Shown here piece by piece: positions 9,422-18,998 of a stretch of DNA of 49,804 nucleotides. The notes under the pieces are model-generated. The model had not been told where the DNA came from. It ran no database searches and worked only from the letters and a program-made list of their open reading frames with translations. The position numbers and the translations under genes are program-made. Every line of letters starts with the position of its first letter. Position 1 is the stretch's first letter. Location of the stretch: the sequence record DRR723986_6629; one strand, 5' to 3'.

Positions 9422-10801
9422 GTGACCACACTGTCCTTTGCTGCACTACCCCTGTCTCCCGCGCAGTTACAGAACCTTAGCGACCTGGGCTACCACGAGA
9501 TGACCCCGATCCAGGCAGCGGCCCTGCCCCCTGCGCTGCGCGGCAGCGACCTGATCGGCCAGGCGAAAACGGGTAGCGGCAAGACGGCGGCTTTTTCCAT
9601 CCCCCTGTTGAGCAAACTCAACCCCAGGGACTTCGGCACCCAGGCCCTGGTCCTTTGCCCGACTCGCGAACTGGCTTCCCAGGTCGCGGCGGAAATCCGG
9701 CGCCTGGCCCGATATCAGCAGAATATCAAGGTTGTGACCCTGTGCGGCGGCCAGCCCATCGGACCCCAGATCGGCTCGCTGGAACATGGCGCGCACGTGG
9801 TTGTCGGCACCCCCGGCCGGATCAAGGATCACTTGCGCAAACAAACCCTGACCCTGGACCGGGTAGCAACCCTGGTGCTCGACGAGGCCGACCGAATGCT
9901 GGACATGGGCTTTCAGGAAGATATCGAGCATATCCTTGGCCAGACCCCGAGCGCGCGACAGACCCTGCTGTTCTCGGCCACTTTTCCCGACAACATCCGG
10001 GCACTCAGCCAGCGCTTCCAGCGCGCGGCCGAAGAGATCAGCGTGGCCGCCGTGCACAGCCAGGCTGCTATTGAACAGCGCTTCTTTCTCTGTTCCGGGG
10101 ACGCGCGCGTCGCAGCCCTGATCCGCCTGCTGCAACATTACCAGGCACCGGCGGCGGTCATTTTCTGTAATACCCGGCAACAGGTGAGCACTGTCTGCGA
10201 GCAGCTCCGCGCCGCCGGCATCCATGCCGGCGCCCTGCACGGCGAGATGGAACAACGAGACCGCGACCAGATGCTCATTCGGTTCAAGCACCAGAGCAGC
10301 ACCTTGCTGGTCGCCACCGATGTCGCGGCACGTGGCCTGGATATCGACGAACTGCCGCTGGTGGTGAACTTCGAACTGCCACGGGATACCGATACCTATG
10401 TACACCGGATCGGCCGCACCGGTCGCGCTGGCAAGGATGGGCAGGCATTGAGCCTGTTTACCGAATCGGAGCGCCACCGGCTGGCCGGCATAGAGGCACG
10501 GCTGGGACACGAGGTGGAGTTCCAACTGATCAACGAGATCCCCGAGGGTGGGCCAGCCTTGCCGCCGCCTCCGTTCGTTACCCTGTGCATCCAGGGCGGG
10601 CGCAAGGACAAGGTGCGCGCCGGGGATATCCTGGGGGCGCTCACCGGCCAGGCAGGCATCGATGGTGCTGACGTGGGCAAAATCACCATCACCGACCACG
10701 CCGCCTATGTCGCGATAGCGCGCCAGACTGCACGCATAGCGCTTACCCAGCTGCAGGAAGGCAAGATCAAGGGCCGCAAATTCCGGGTGCGGCGACTCTA
10801 G
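9422..10801 (+). CDS. dbpA: ATP-dependent RNA helicase DbpA
   Basis: AKTGSGKT, PTRELA, DEAD, SAT, HRIGRTGR, plus C-terminal DbpA RNA-binding domain (GGRKDKVRAGDILGALT); GTG start at 9422. Confidence 0.95.
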   Translation: MTTLSFAALPLSPAQLQNLSDLGYHEMTPIQAAALPPALRGSDLIGQAKTGSGKTAAFSIPLLSKLNPRDFGTQALVLCPTRELASQVAAEIRRLARYQQNIKVVTLCGGQPIGPQIGSLEHGAHVVVGTPGRIKDHLRKQTLTLDRVATLVLDEADRMLDMGFQEDIEHILGQTPSARQTLLFSATFPDNIRALSQRFQRAAEEISVAAVHSQAAIEQRFFLCSGDARVAALIRLLQHYQAPAAVIFCNTRQQVSTVCEQLRAAGIHAGALHGEMEQRDRDQMLIRFKHQSSTLLVATDVAARGLDIDELPLVVNFELPRDTDTYVHRIGRTGRAGKDGQALSLFTESERHRLAGIEARLGHEVEFQLINEIPEGGPALPPPPFVTLCIQGGRKDKVRAGDILGALTGQAGIDGADVGKITITDHAAYVAIARQTARIALTQLQEGKIKGRKFRVRRL

Positions 10802-10877
10802 CAGGAGGGCGAGACCACCTCACCCGTCAGGGCCGGGCCCCGCCTCCCAGGGCCCGCAATCAGGCTGGCGATATTTC

Positions 10878-10930
10878 TTGACTAATATTCTGCGGTATTT
10901 TAACTTGCTAGACACAAACAAGCATGTTTC
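10878..10930 (+). promoter_or_regulatory. Sigma70-like promoter (TTGACT-N16-TTAACT) overlapped by palindromic operator A, ACTTGCT-N11-AGCATGT
   Basis: 10903-10930 matches 19024-19051 at 26 of 28 nt; both copies follow TTGACT at the same distance. Confidence 0.75.
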
Positions 10931-11019
10931 GATTGCAGGATAAAAATAGACACTCAATGGCCGCGCAGGCCCGGTGACAGCAACTATCTTGGGTAGAGCG
11001 CACCGCGGGATACAGCTAG

Positions 11020-11505
11020 ATGGAAAAAGACCCAATCAGCGTCGAGGCCCTCCTCGCCCGGATTACCGAACTCGAGGCTCGCGCAGCGATCCGGGACCTC
11101 GCGTCAGACTACTGTCACGGCTTCGACAAGCGTGATTTCGACCGCTTCCTCTCTATCTGGTGGGAAGACTGCGTCTGGGACATCGGCCCCCCATTCGGCC
11201 GCTTTGAGGGACACGATGGCATCCGTAGCGCCATCCACGACGTGCTGTGGCCCGTCTGGCAGGAATCCCATCACCTGACCACCAATCTCAGAATTGACTT
11301 TATTGACGCCGACAATGCCGAGTCCGTGTGCGACGTGGACTGCATCGGCACCCTGACTGACGACCCGGTGTGCCAGATGGTCGGCGCCACCTACCGGGAT
11401 CGCCTGCAAGCACGCGATGGCCAGTGGCGCATCCTGGAGCGCAAGGTCACGATCCACTATTTCAACCCGGTGACAGGCACGATCCTGGCACCACCACAAT
11501 CCTAA
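11020..11505 (+). CDS. NTF2/SnoaL-like lyase, LinA (HCH dehydrochlorinase)/BaiE-like
   Basis: RAAIRDL.SD, FDKR, SIWW, VLWP, H.TTNLR, RDG.W and YF.P..G...APP segments are colinear with LinA as I recall it; Y31, D36, H85 and R141 present. Confidence 0.85.
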   Translation: MEKDPISVEALLARITELEARAAIRDLASDYCHGFDKRDFDRFLSIWWEDCVWDIGPPFGRFEGHDGIRSAIHDVLWPVWQESHHLTTNLRIDFIDADNAESVCDVDCIGTLTDDPVCQMVGATYRDRLQARDGQWRILERKVTIHYFNPVTGTILAPPQS

Positions 11506-11566
11506 CCCTGAAAATTAACCGCAACGCTCGATAAATCAATAATTAAAGTACCCCCGGAGGTTACAC

Positions 11567-13828
11567 ATGAAAAAGACAAGCTTGAGCACCGCACTGGCTG
11601 TCGCCACCGCTTCTCTCGCTACAACCATGACCCCACTGGCTACCGCTCAATCGGAAGTCGGCGCGCTGGAAGAGATCGTGGTAACCGCACGTAAACGCAA
11701 GGAGGATCTGCAGGATGTCGGACTATCTGTCAGCGCTATGTCTGGCACTGAGATCGATCGCACGTTCGCCAGAGACATCAGGGACCTTGCCTTCATCTCG
11801 CCGAACCTGATTATCGACGATACCTCGCAGGGCCCGGGGGGCAATGCAGCCATGTATATCCGTGGCATCGGCGTCGCCGACGTAGAAAAGAACTTTGAAC
11901 CTGCAGTAGGCGTCACTATTGACGGGCTGTTCATCGGCGCCAACAGTGGCGCGATCCTCAGGAGCATCGACCTCGCCTCAGTGGAAGTATTGCGTGGCCC
12001 ACAGGGCACGCTGTTCGGTCGTAACACTATCGGGGGCACGATCAATGTCGAAAGAAGCAGGCCTACCGGAGAACTGGGCGGCAAAGTCCGTGCTGGTTAC
12101 GGCGATTATGATCATTACTGGCTTGACGGTATCCTGAACTTCGGCATTACCGATGATCTGGCAGTAAAGCTCAGCGCTGCAAAAAACAATCAGCGCGATG
12201 GCTACTTCAAGAACGTCAGTAACGGCAATGATGATGGTGCTGTAGATTACGAGTCCTACGGCATCAACTTGCTGTGGAATGCAACCGACACCCTGGAGTT
12301 TGAGTACACCTACCAGGATGAGGAAACGGTTCAGGATACGCCCCCACTGGTCAGCATGTCGCAGCCGGGCAGCAGCCTCAGCTGTGACGTCTACAACCTG
12401 TGCGCCAAATCTTTGACTACACCAAGTTCAGGCGACCGCTACAAAGTAACCACCCTGAGTTTTGAACCCACTACAGCGTCTCTGTCCCCGCCCCCTACCA
12501 GCATTGTGACATCGGCAATCGCTGATTTGATCCCAAACAATGATGACGCCACCTTTGATGCCGAAACCCATATCTTTGAAACACGCTGGGAAATCAGCGA
12601 CAGCCTGTCGCTGAACTACATCTACGGCACCTATGAAACACAGGAAACAGTCGTCACCAACTTCTCATCAGAGCCGATCATGCTGTTTGGCACGGATCGT
12701 CCTGCAGAATATGAGCAATTGAGTCATGAACTGAGATTTACCTATGATGCCGGCGGCCCACTAAAGCTTGTTGCGGGCGCCTACTACTGGGAGTCTGAGT
12801 ACGACATCCGCCTGCGCAGCTGGATTACGTTTGCCGTGCCCGATACCGTGTTGGACATCCCGCAAACGACGCACCAGGAAACAGATTCCCAGGCGATCTT
12901 TTTCGAAGGCGATTACGCGCTGACGGATGCCCTGACCCTGACCCTGGGGGGCCGCTACACCGAAGACGAGAAGCTGTCTGAGCAGCGCGGAAACCTGTCG
13001 ACAGGACCAAACGACCCCAAGGCGGATTGGTCCGAGTTCACACCTAAAGTGGGTATGCGCTATCGGCTGAATGACGATGCCATGGTCTATGCCACTTATG
13101 CCAAGGGTTATCGCAGCGGCGGCTTCAATGGCCGGGTTGATTCGCAACCCAGCGCCCGGATCCCTTATGACCCGGAGACTGTTGATAACTACGAACTCGG
13201 CTTCAAAACCGAATGGATGGACCAGCGAGTACGATTGAACGGTGCCGTGTTCTACATGGACTACCAGGACAAGCAGGAAGAAATTGGACTTGTGTCTGAT
13301 GGTGCCACCGGCCAGCGGATTTCGGTTTTCAACGCGGCTGATGCAACCATGCAGGGCGTGGAGCTTGAGTTACAGGCGATCGTCACCGAAGGTCTGAGCA
13401 TGCGAGCAAACCTTGGCTATCTTGATTCAGAGTACGACGAGTTTACCTATGACTCTGGCTTTGGCATCGTTGATAACAGCGGATTGGAATTCCGCCGGGC
13501 ACCCGAGTTTACGGGATCCGTAGATGCGACCTACGAGTGGCAGATGGGTGGTGGCGATGCCTGGGTAAGGGGTTCATACCGCTTCCTGGGTGAGCACTTT
13601 ATCGAACAGGCAAACCGTCCGGAGCTGTCGAATGATGATCAGCACCTGGTCGACATGTCGGTGAACTACGCTACCAATGGCCTCACCTTCAGCGTTTTCG
13701 GACGTAACCTGACTGAGGAAGACGGTTGGGCGCACGGCCTGTTCGTCTCCGGTCTGTTTACCTACGCATCGGCACGCGCGCCTCGTACCTGGGGTGTTGA
13801 AGTCACCTATGATTTTGGAGCCGAGTGA
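11567..13828 (+). CDS. TonB-dependent receptor 1
   Basis: Signal peptide, TonB box LEEIVVTARKR, plug motif VEVLRGPQGTLFGRNTIGG, GYRSGGFN, C-terminal PRTWGVEVTYDF; GGAGG RBS. Confidence 0.95.
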   Translation: MKKTSLSTALAVATASLATTMTPLATAQSEVGALEEIVVTARKRKEDLQDVGLSVSAMSGTEIDRTFARDIRDLAFISPNLIIDDTSQGPGGNAAMYIRGIGVADVEKNFEPAVGVTIDGLFIGANSGAILRSIDLASVEVLRGPQGTLFGRNTIGGTINVERSRPTGELGGKVRAGYGDYDHYWLDGILNFGITDDLAVKLSAAKNNQRDGYFKNVSNGNDDGAVDYESYGINLLWNATDTLEFEYTYQDEETVQDTPPLVSMSQPGSSLSCDVYNLCAKSLTTPSSGDRYKVTTLSFEPTTASLSPPPTSIVTSAIADLIPNNDDATFDAETHIFETRWEISDSLSLNYIYGTYETQETVVTNFSSEPIMLFGTDRPAEYEQLSHELRFTYDAGGPLKLVAGAYYWESEYDIRLRSWITFAVPDTVLDIPQTTHQETDSQAIFFEGDYALTDALTLTLGGRYTEDEKLSEQRGNLSTGPNDPKADWSEFTPKVGMRYRLNDDAMVYATYAKGYRSGGFNGRVDSQPSARIPYDPETVDNYELGFKTEWMDQRVRLNGAVFYMDYQDKQEEIGLVSDGATGQRISVFNAADATMQGVELELQAIVTEGLSMRANLGYLDSEYDEFTYDSGFGIVDNSGLEFRRAPEFTGSVDATYEWQMGGGDAWVRGSYRFLGEHFIEQANRPELSNDDQHLVDMSVNYATNGLTFSVFGRNLTEEDGWAHGLFVSGLFTYASARAPRTWGVEVTYDFGAE

Positions 13829-13859
13829 TCCGGCGATCAATGCAGTAGGGCCACTATCC

Positions 13860-13893
13860 ACTACGCATTCCCCACTTGCGGGGAATGCGTAGT
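13860..13893 (+). terminator. Intra-operon stem-loop (partial terminator or mRNA stabiliser)
   Basis: ACTACGCATTCCCC-ACTTGC-GGGGAATGCGTAGT perfect 14-bp stem with no strong U-tract. Confidence 0.6.
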
Positions 13894-13911
13894 TCCATAG
13901 CGAGGTAGCCA

Positions 13912-14487
13912 GTGAGCAAAGATCAACTAGCGCAATTACTAGACAAACAGGCCATATCAGAGGTTGTCATAACCTACGCCAGGGCCATAGATAGAATGGA
14001 TGAGCCGCTCCTACGCAGCGTGTTCCATCCCCACTCAACCCACAACCATTTCTACCAGGGCCCCTCTTCCGACCCCGGTCGGGCAGCAACCGAGAGCGAC
14101 CCGGGTGATTTCGTACGTTTTGCTTTCCAGGTGCTATCGGGCCATGTGCGCACACACCACCAGCTGGGCAACATCCTTGTTGAATTAGAAAGCGACACCA
14201 TTGCGCGGGTGGAGACTTACTTCACCGCACACCATCGCCAGCGTGCACTCGGCGATCCCCTGGCAGCCGATAACGCATTTGAAACCGAGATGGACTTCTT
14301 TGTCGGCGGACGCTATCTCGATCGCTTCGAGCTGGTTGCGGGTGAGTGGAAAATCGCACACCGTACCGGCATGACCGACTGGATGCGCATCGATGCACCG
14401 AGTTCCTTCGGCACTGCCGGCATTGATCAGGACACCGTGGGCAAACGCACGCCCGACGACTTCCTATACAAACTGAGTAGCATCTGA
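13912..14487 (+). CDS. NTF2/SnoaL-like family protein
   Basis: LLDKQAI..V..TYARAIDR, THHQLGN and GGRYLDRF...GEWKIAHR motifs; GAGG RBS with GTG start. Confidence 0.88.
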   Translation: MSKDQLAQLLDKQAISEVVITYARAIDRMDEPLLRSVFHPHSTHNHFYQGPSSDPGRAATESDPGDFVRFAFQVLSGHVRTHHQLGNILVELESDTIARVETYFTAHHRQRALGDPLAADNAFETEMDFFVGGRYLDRFELVAGEWKIAHRTGMTDWMRIDAPSSFGTAGIDQDTVGKRTPDDFLYKLSSI

Positions 14488-14521
14488 CACACAACAGACT
14501 CGTTATCAGGAGATACCCATT

Positions 14522-15358
14522 ATGGGAGACAGACTCGCAAACAAGGTCGCAGTGATCACCGGCGGTGCCAGTGGTATCGGCGCAGAAACCGCAGAAAAAT
14601 TTGTGCAACATGGCGCAAAGGTAGTTCTGGGCGACATTCAGGATGGTCCCGGCGAAGCCTTTGCCGCAAAGCTAGGCGACGGCGCTCGCTTTCGTCACTG
14701 CGACGTGACCAAAGAGTCGGACGTCGAGGCGCTGGTCAATACCGCCATCGAGGAGTTCGGCCAGATCGACATCATGTTCAATAACGCGGGCATCGTCGGT
14801 GCCATCGGCCCTCTGGATTCAACGCCCGCGGAAGAATGGAAGTTCACCCTGGACATTCTGCTCAACGGCGTGTTCTACGGCATGAAACACGCATCAAAGC
14901 ACATGAAAAAGGCCGGCTCCGGTTCGATTATCAGCATGTCCAGTGTCGCCGGGGTCACCGGTGGACTGGGGCCGCACGCCTATGCTGCAGCCAAGCACGC
15001 GGTGGTGGGCCTGACCCGCAATCTGGCGGCTGAAGTAGGCGCCTACGGGGTACGCGTGAACTGCATCGCACCCTACAGTGTGGCAACACCAATGGTGGCC
15101 CAGGCCTATCTCAGCGACCACACCGACGTTGAGGGCACCCTGAAAATGCTGACCGATGAGTCACCGTTGCGCGGCCGCCCCGGGCTCGCCGATGACGTGG
15201 CCAATGCCGTTCTTTGGTTGGCCAGTGACGAGTCTGGCTACACCAGCGGTCATACCCTGACTATCGATGCGGGCATCACTACCGGCTCGGTAGCCGGCCC
15301 CCCACGCTTCTCCGAGCATGTGCCCATGCAGCGTGAGGCTGGCAAGACCGGCATGTAA
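14522..15358 (+). CDS. Classical SDR oxidoreductase, secoisolariciresinol/xanthoxin dehydrogenase-like
   Basis: TGGASGIG, NNAG, catalytic YAAAK within GLGPHAYAAAKHAVVGLT, RVNCIAPYSVATPM. Confidence 0.9.
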   Translation: MGDRLANKVAVITGGASGIGAETAEKFVQHGAKVVLGDIQDGPGEAFAAKLGDGARFRHCDVTKESDVEALVNTAIEEFGQIDIMFNNAGIVGAIGPLDSTPAEEWKFTLDILLNGVFYGMKHASKHMKKAGSGSIISMSSVAGVTGGLGPHAYAAAKHAVVGLTRNLAAEVGAYGVRVNCIAPYSVATPMVAQAYLSDHTDVEGTLKMLTDESPLRGRPGLADDVANAVLWLASDESGYTSGHTLTIDAGITTGSVAGPPRFSEHVPMQREAGKTGM

Positions 15359-15400
15359 GACGCCAGCGGCGGCAAAACTTAGAGCTTAGCGGAGATAGGT

Positions 15401-15838
15401 ATGGGCCAGGATATAGACGAGCAGGCGATCCTGCAGTTGATGGTTGATTACTGCGACAGTGTCGATCGCGGCGATCTTGATGCCTTCGCGGGACTGTTTG
15501 CCGCGGGCGCATGGGGTATTGCCGGTGATCTCGCCCACGGAAGTGAGGCGGTAAGAGCCGTACTCGACAATGTGACGCTTTATGACGGGATACCAAACAC
15601 CCGCCACCTGATGTCCAATGTGCTGATCACAGTAGAGTCGGATGGGATAACGGCCAACGCAAGCAGTTGCATCACGGTCATGCAGTGCATCCCTGATGAC
15701 TTCCCACTGCAGGCAATTTTCATCGGCACCTATCACGACCGCCTGCGCAAGCGCGACAATGAGTGGTTTTTCGAAGAGCGTCTTATTGTGCCTAACCTGG
15801 TCGGCGATATGTCACGTCATCGCGGAGACATGGCCTAG
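15401..15838 (+). CDS. NTF2/SnoaL-like family protein
   Basis: DYCDSVDRGD, YDGIPNTRHLMSN and GTYHDR....EWFFEER motifs. Confidence 0.85.
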   Translation: MGQDIDEQAILQLMVDYCDSVDRGDLDAFAGLFAAGAWGIAGDLAHGSEAVRAVLDNVTLYDGIPNTRHLMSNVLITVESDGITANASSCITVMQCIPDDFPLQAIFIGTYHDRLRKRDNEWFFEERLIVPNLVGDMSRHRGDMA

Positions 15839-15929
15839 ACCCAGGCTACTGACATTGCCGCGGTTGCTCCCAAGGACAGCAGCCGCGGTAATAATCTTAT
15901 CTACGCCTCTTCACAGGCGCCAGTGCGCC

Positions 15930-17558
15930 CTAACCTGCCAGGCGCGAGAATTCCAACTCCGGGTAACCCTCGTTGGCTGATTCGTCCAACCTGTCGTAGT
16001 ACACGTTGGCACCGCCAAAGTAGATCAGCACGCGTGGTCGCTTGGTCTCAAGGTTTGCTCCCATCATCCAGGAATTCACCTTGTCGCCCTCCGCCATCAG
16101 GGTCGCGTTGTGCACTTCCGCCACGTGCGCGGTCCACTCGGCCTCGGCTTCCGGTTTCGGCGTGCAGACGTCGTAACCTTCGCGCTCCATGGTACTGATG
16201 CAGTTGGCGATCCACATCGCATTCTGCTCGATGGAGGTGGGCAGGTTGGCGAATGGCGCCTGCGGTCCGGTAATGATGAACATGTTGGGGAAGTCCGCCA
16301 CGCAGACGCCCATGATGGAGCTGGAGGTCTCGCGCCACTTCTCAGCCAGGCTCTGGCCACTGACACCACGAATCGGGAAGGCTTCCAGGGCACCAGTGTA
16401 GGCACTGAAGCCGGTCGCCAGCACAATGATGTCGAAGTCGTAGCTGTTCTCCGTGGTCCGGACACCGGTCTCGGTGATTTCGACGATCGGCTCCTTGTCC
16501 TTGATATCGATCAGGTGCACATCGTCGCGATCGAAACACTCGAGATAGCCGTGGTCCAGCGGCGGACGCTTGGCAAACAGCGGGTAGTCACCCAGCTTGG
16601 GCACCAGGATATCCGCGACTTCCGGATTCTTGATGCGCTCGCGCATCTTCCTGAGGATGAACTCCGAGGCCATATCGTTCGCTTCCTGGCTGCCCAGCAA
16701 GTCCTCGAAGGTCTCGAATACCCAGCGGAAGCTGCCGGTCCACTTCTCCTCGAAGATGCGCTCGCGCTCCTCCGGGGGTGTGTCCACGGCCATGCGGCCC
16801 TCAGCGGTGTCAAAGGCCATTCCAAACATGTGGTTGCGGCACTTGGCGACAATCTCGTCGTAATTTTCCTTGATTTCCTTTTCCCATTCCTCGGTCATCG
16901 GCGCCTGCATTGCCGGCAGGATGAAGTTCGGTGTGCGATGGAATACGGTGACGCTCTCGGCCTTTCCGCACATGGCGGGAACCATCTGCACGGTGGTGGC
17001 GCCGGCGCCGATGATCCCGATACGCTTACCCTCCCACTCAAGCCCTTCAGGCCAGCGGGAGGAGTGGAACAACGGACCCTTGAAGGTATCCATGCCCTTG
17101 ATTTTCGGGATGACCGGCTCGGAGATCATCCCCATGCCGCTGATAAAGTACTTACAGGTGAAGGTTTCCCCCTCACCGGTGGTGACCAGCCACTGACCGC
17201 TGTCCTTCTGGTAATCGGCGCTGACGATCTCGGTGTTGAGCTGGATGTCACGCCACATGTCGCACTTGTCGACCACGAAACGCATGTAATCCTGGGTCTC
17301 TTTCCAGTCCGGGTAACGCCGGGTCCACTTCCACTCCTGCAGCAATTCCTTGGAGAAGGTCAGGCAGTAGTAATAGCTCTCGCTATCCGTCATGGCGCCC
17401 GGGTAACGGTTCCAGGTCCAGGTACCGCCGACGTCGCTCGCCTTGTCGAACACCCTGATGGATTGGCCCGCCTCGCGGAGATAGTGGATCAATGCTATGC
17501 CGGCAAAGCCGGCGCCGATGACGATGGTATCGAAGTCTGGTTTTTGCTGAGACGCCAT
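15930..17558 (-). CDS. Type I Baeyer-Villiger monooxygenase 2
   Basis: GAGFAG, GGTWTWNRYPGA, fingerprint FKGPLFHSSRWP, GAGATT, KRP, ATGF. Confidence 0.95.
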   Translation of the reverse strand: MASQQKPDFDTIVIGAGFAGIALIHYLREAGQSIRVFDKASDVGGTWTWNRYPGAMTDSESYYYCLTFSKELLQEWKWTRRYPDWKETQDYMRFVVDKCDMWRDIQLNTEIVSADYQKDSGQWLVTTGEGETFTCKYFISGMGMISEPVIPKIKGMDTFKGPLFHSSRWPEGLEWEGKRIGIIGAGATTVQMVPAMCGKAESVTVFHRTPNFILPAMQAPMTEEWEKEIKENYDEIVAKCRNHMFGMAFDTAEGRMAVDTPPEERERIFEEKWTGSFRWVFETFEDLLGSQEANDMASEFILRKMRERIKNPEVADILVPKLGDYPLFAKRPPLDHGYLECFDRDDVHLIDIKDKEPIVEITETGVRTTENSYDFDIIVLATGFSAYTGALEAFPIRGVSGQSLAEKWRETSSSIMGVCVADFPNMFIITGPQAPFANLPTSIEQNAMWIANCISTMEREGYDVCTPKPEAEAEWTAHVAEVHNATLMAEGDKVNSWMMGANLETKRPRVLIYFGGANVYYDRLDESANEGYPELEFSRLAG

Positions 17559-17617
17559 GAACGTTCTCCTTGTCTTATATCGTTATCAATAGAGCCTATC
17601 CGGTTTCCTGCCTGGCC

Positions 17618-18913
17618 TTAACCCTCGAGGTAATGGCCGTATTTTTTCATCGCCTGCTCGCGCAGGGTCGGCGAGTGGTAGGTCGGGAAGAGGCCCGGTG
17701 CCGCCTCGTAGTCACGCAATACCGTGCGTGCAACCGTAACCTTATGCACTTCCGATGGTCCGTCAACAACACCCAGCTCGGGGATATCGGCCCACATATA
17801 CATCAGCGGGATCTCATCCGACATACCCAGGCTGCCGTGCAGGTGCATGGCGCGATATACGACTTCCTGCAATACCTTCGGGGTAGCCGCCTTGATCGCC
17901 GCGATCTCCTTGCGCACCTCCCGGTTGTATTCCTTGTGCTTATCGATCAACCACGCTGTATATAGCACATGCAGGCGGTACTGCAGTATCTGGGTGTAGC
18001 TGTCCGCAATCTTGTCCTGGGTAAGCTGCTTATTGGCCAGCAATTCACCCTTGGTGGTCCGGCTCAGCACCCGCTCACACATCATGTCCATGGCTTTCTT
18101 TAGCTTGCCCACGCTGCGCATGGCGTGGTGTACCCTGCCGCCGCCAAGCCGCGTCTGCGCCACCAGGAAGCCCTTGCCTTCTTCTCCGAGGAGATTTTCC
18201 GCCGGCACCCGGCAGTTGGTAAAGCGGATATAACCGTGCACGCCATCGCCCTGTTCGACATAGGGGCCGACAGCGGAGTTGCGCAGAATCTCCATGCCCG
18301 GCGTGCCCTTCTCCACCAGCACGATGGAGGCGCCTTCATGGATTGGACGATCGGGATTGGTGACGACCATCACCAGCAGGAACTCGGAGAACCGGGCGTG
18401 AGAGGCGAACCACTTCTCGCCGTTGATCACCCATTCATCGCCATCGCGGGTCGCCGTACAGGTGAACTCGGCGGGATCGGCACCGGCCTGGGGCTCGGTC
18501 ATCGAATAGCAGGAGGCAATCTTGCCGTCCAACAGCGGCTGCAGGTATTTCTCTTTCTGCTCCGGTGTACCGAAGTGCGCGAGAATCTCGGCATTGCCTG
18601 AGTCCGGCGCCTGGCAACCGAAGACGCTGGGACCAAAGCGGCTGCGCCCCAGGATCTCATTCATCAGGCCGAGTTTAACCTGGCCGTAGCCCTCACCACC
18701 CAGTTCCGGTCCGATGTGGCAGGCCCAGAGGCGCTTCTGCTTGACGATTTCCCTCAGCGGGGCCATCGCCTTTGCGGCAGGGGAATCAGGATCCCAGGGG
18801 TCACCTGGGCCGCGAAATACCAGGTCGAGCGGCTCGATCTCCTCGCGGGTGAATTCCTCGATCCAGTTGAGTTGCTCCTGGAATTCAGGATCGGTCTCAA
18901 AGCTCCAGCTCAC
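17618..18913 (-). CDS. Acyl-CoA dehydrogenase, ACAD10/ACAD11/LvaC-like subfamily
   Basis: CQAPDSGNAEIL, SMTEPQAGADP, INGEKW, RLGGGRVHHAMR and DGPSEVH motifs. Confidence 0.9.
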   Translation of the reverse strand: MSWSFETDPEFQEQLNWIEEFTREEIEPLDLVFRGPGDPWDPDSPAAKAMAPLREIVKQKRLWACHIGPELGGEGYGQVKLGLMNEILGRSRFGPSVFGCQAPDSGNAEILAHFGTPEQKEKYLQPLLDGKIASCYSMTEPQAGADPAEFTCTATRDGDEWVINGEKWFASHARFSEFLLVMVVTNPDRPIHEGASIVLVEKGTPGMEILRNSAVGPYVEQGDGVHGYIRFTNCRVPAENLLGEEGKGFLVAQTRLGGGRVHHAMRSVGKLKKAMDMMCERVLSRTTKGELLANKQLTQDKIADSYTQILQYRLHVLYTAWLIDKHKEYNREVRKEIAAIKAATPKVLQEVVYRAMHLHGSLGMSDEIPLMYMWADIPELGVVDGPSEVHKVTVARTVLRDYEAAPGLFPTYHSPTLREQAMKKYGHYLEG

Positions 18914-18998
18914 GGCGACACCTCAAATTGTCTTGGCCTGTAATGATAGCGGAATCTGCCCCGCCACCCAGGCGAAGCGTCCAACCCGACCTTATTTG

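Noticed and set aside
10820-11035. Short minus-strand ORFs here and at 18992-19333 sharing the peptide ETCLF.SSK.K
   Set aside because: The shared peptide is just the translation of the duplicated operator A, not a protein family
11991-12018. Near-identical DNA shared with about 32893-32920
   Set aside because: Encodes the conserved TBDR plug motif LRGPQGTLFG; protein conservation, not a repeat element
16110-17621. 503-aa plus-strand ORF, and similar long antisense ORFs at 8088-9041, 9467-10699, 20744-22495, 26883-28328 and 32430-33449
   Set aside because: They lie opposite well-supported genes and have no recognisable motifs; shadow ORFs expected from high-GC codon bias
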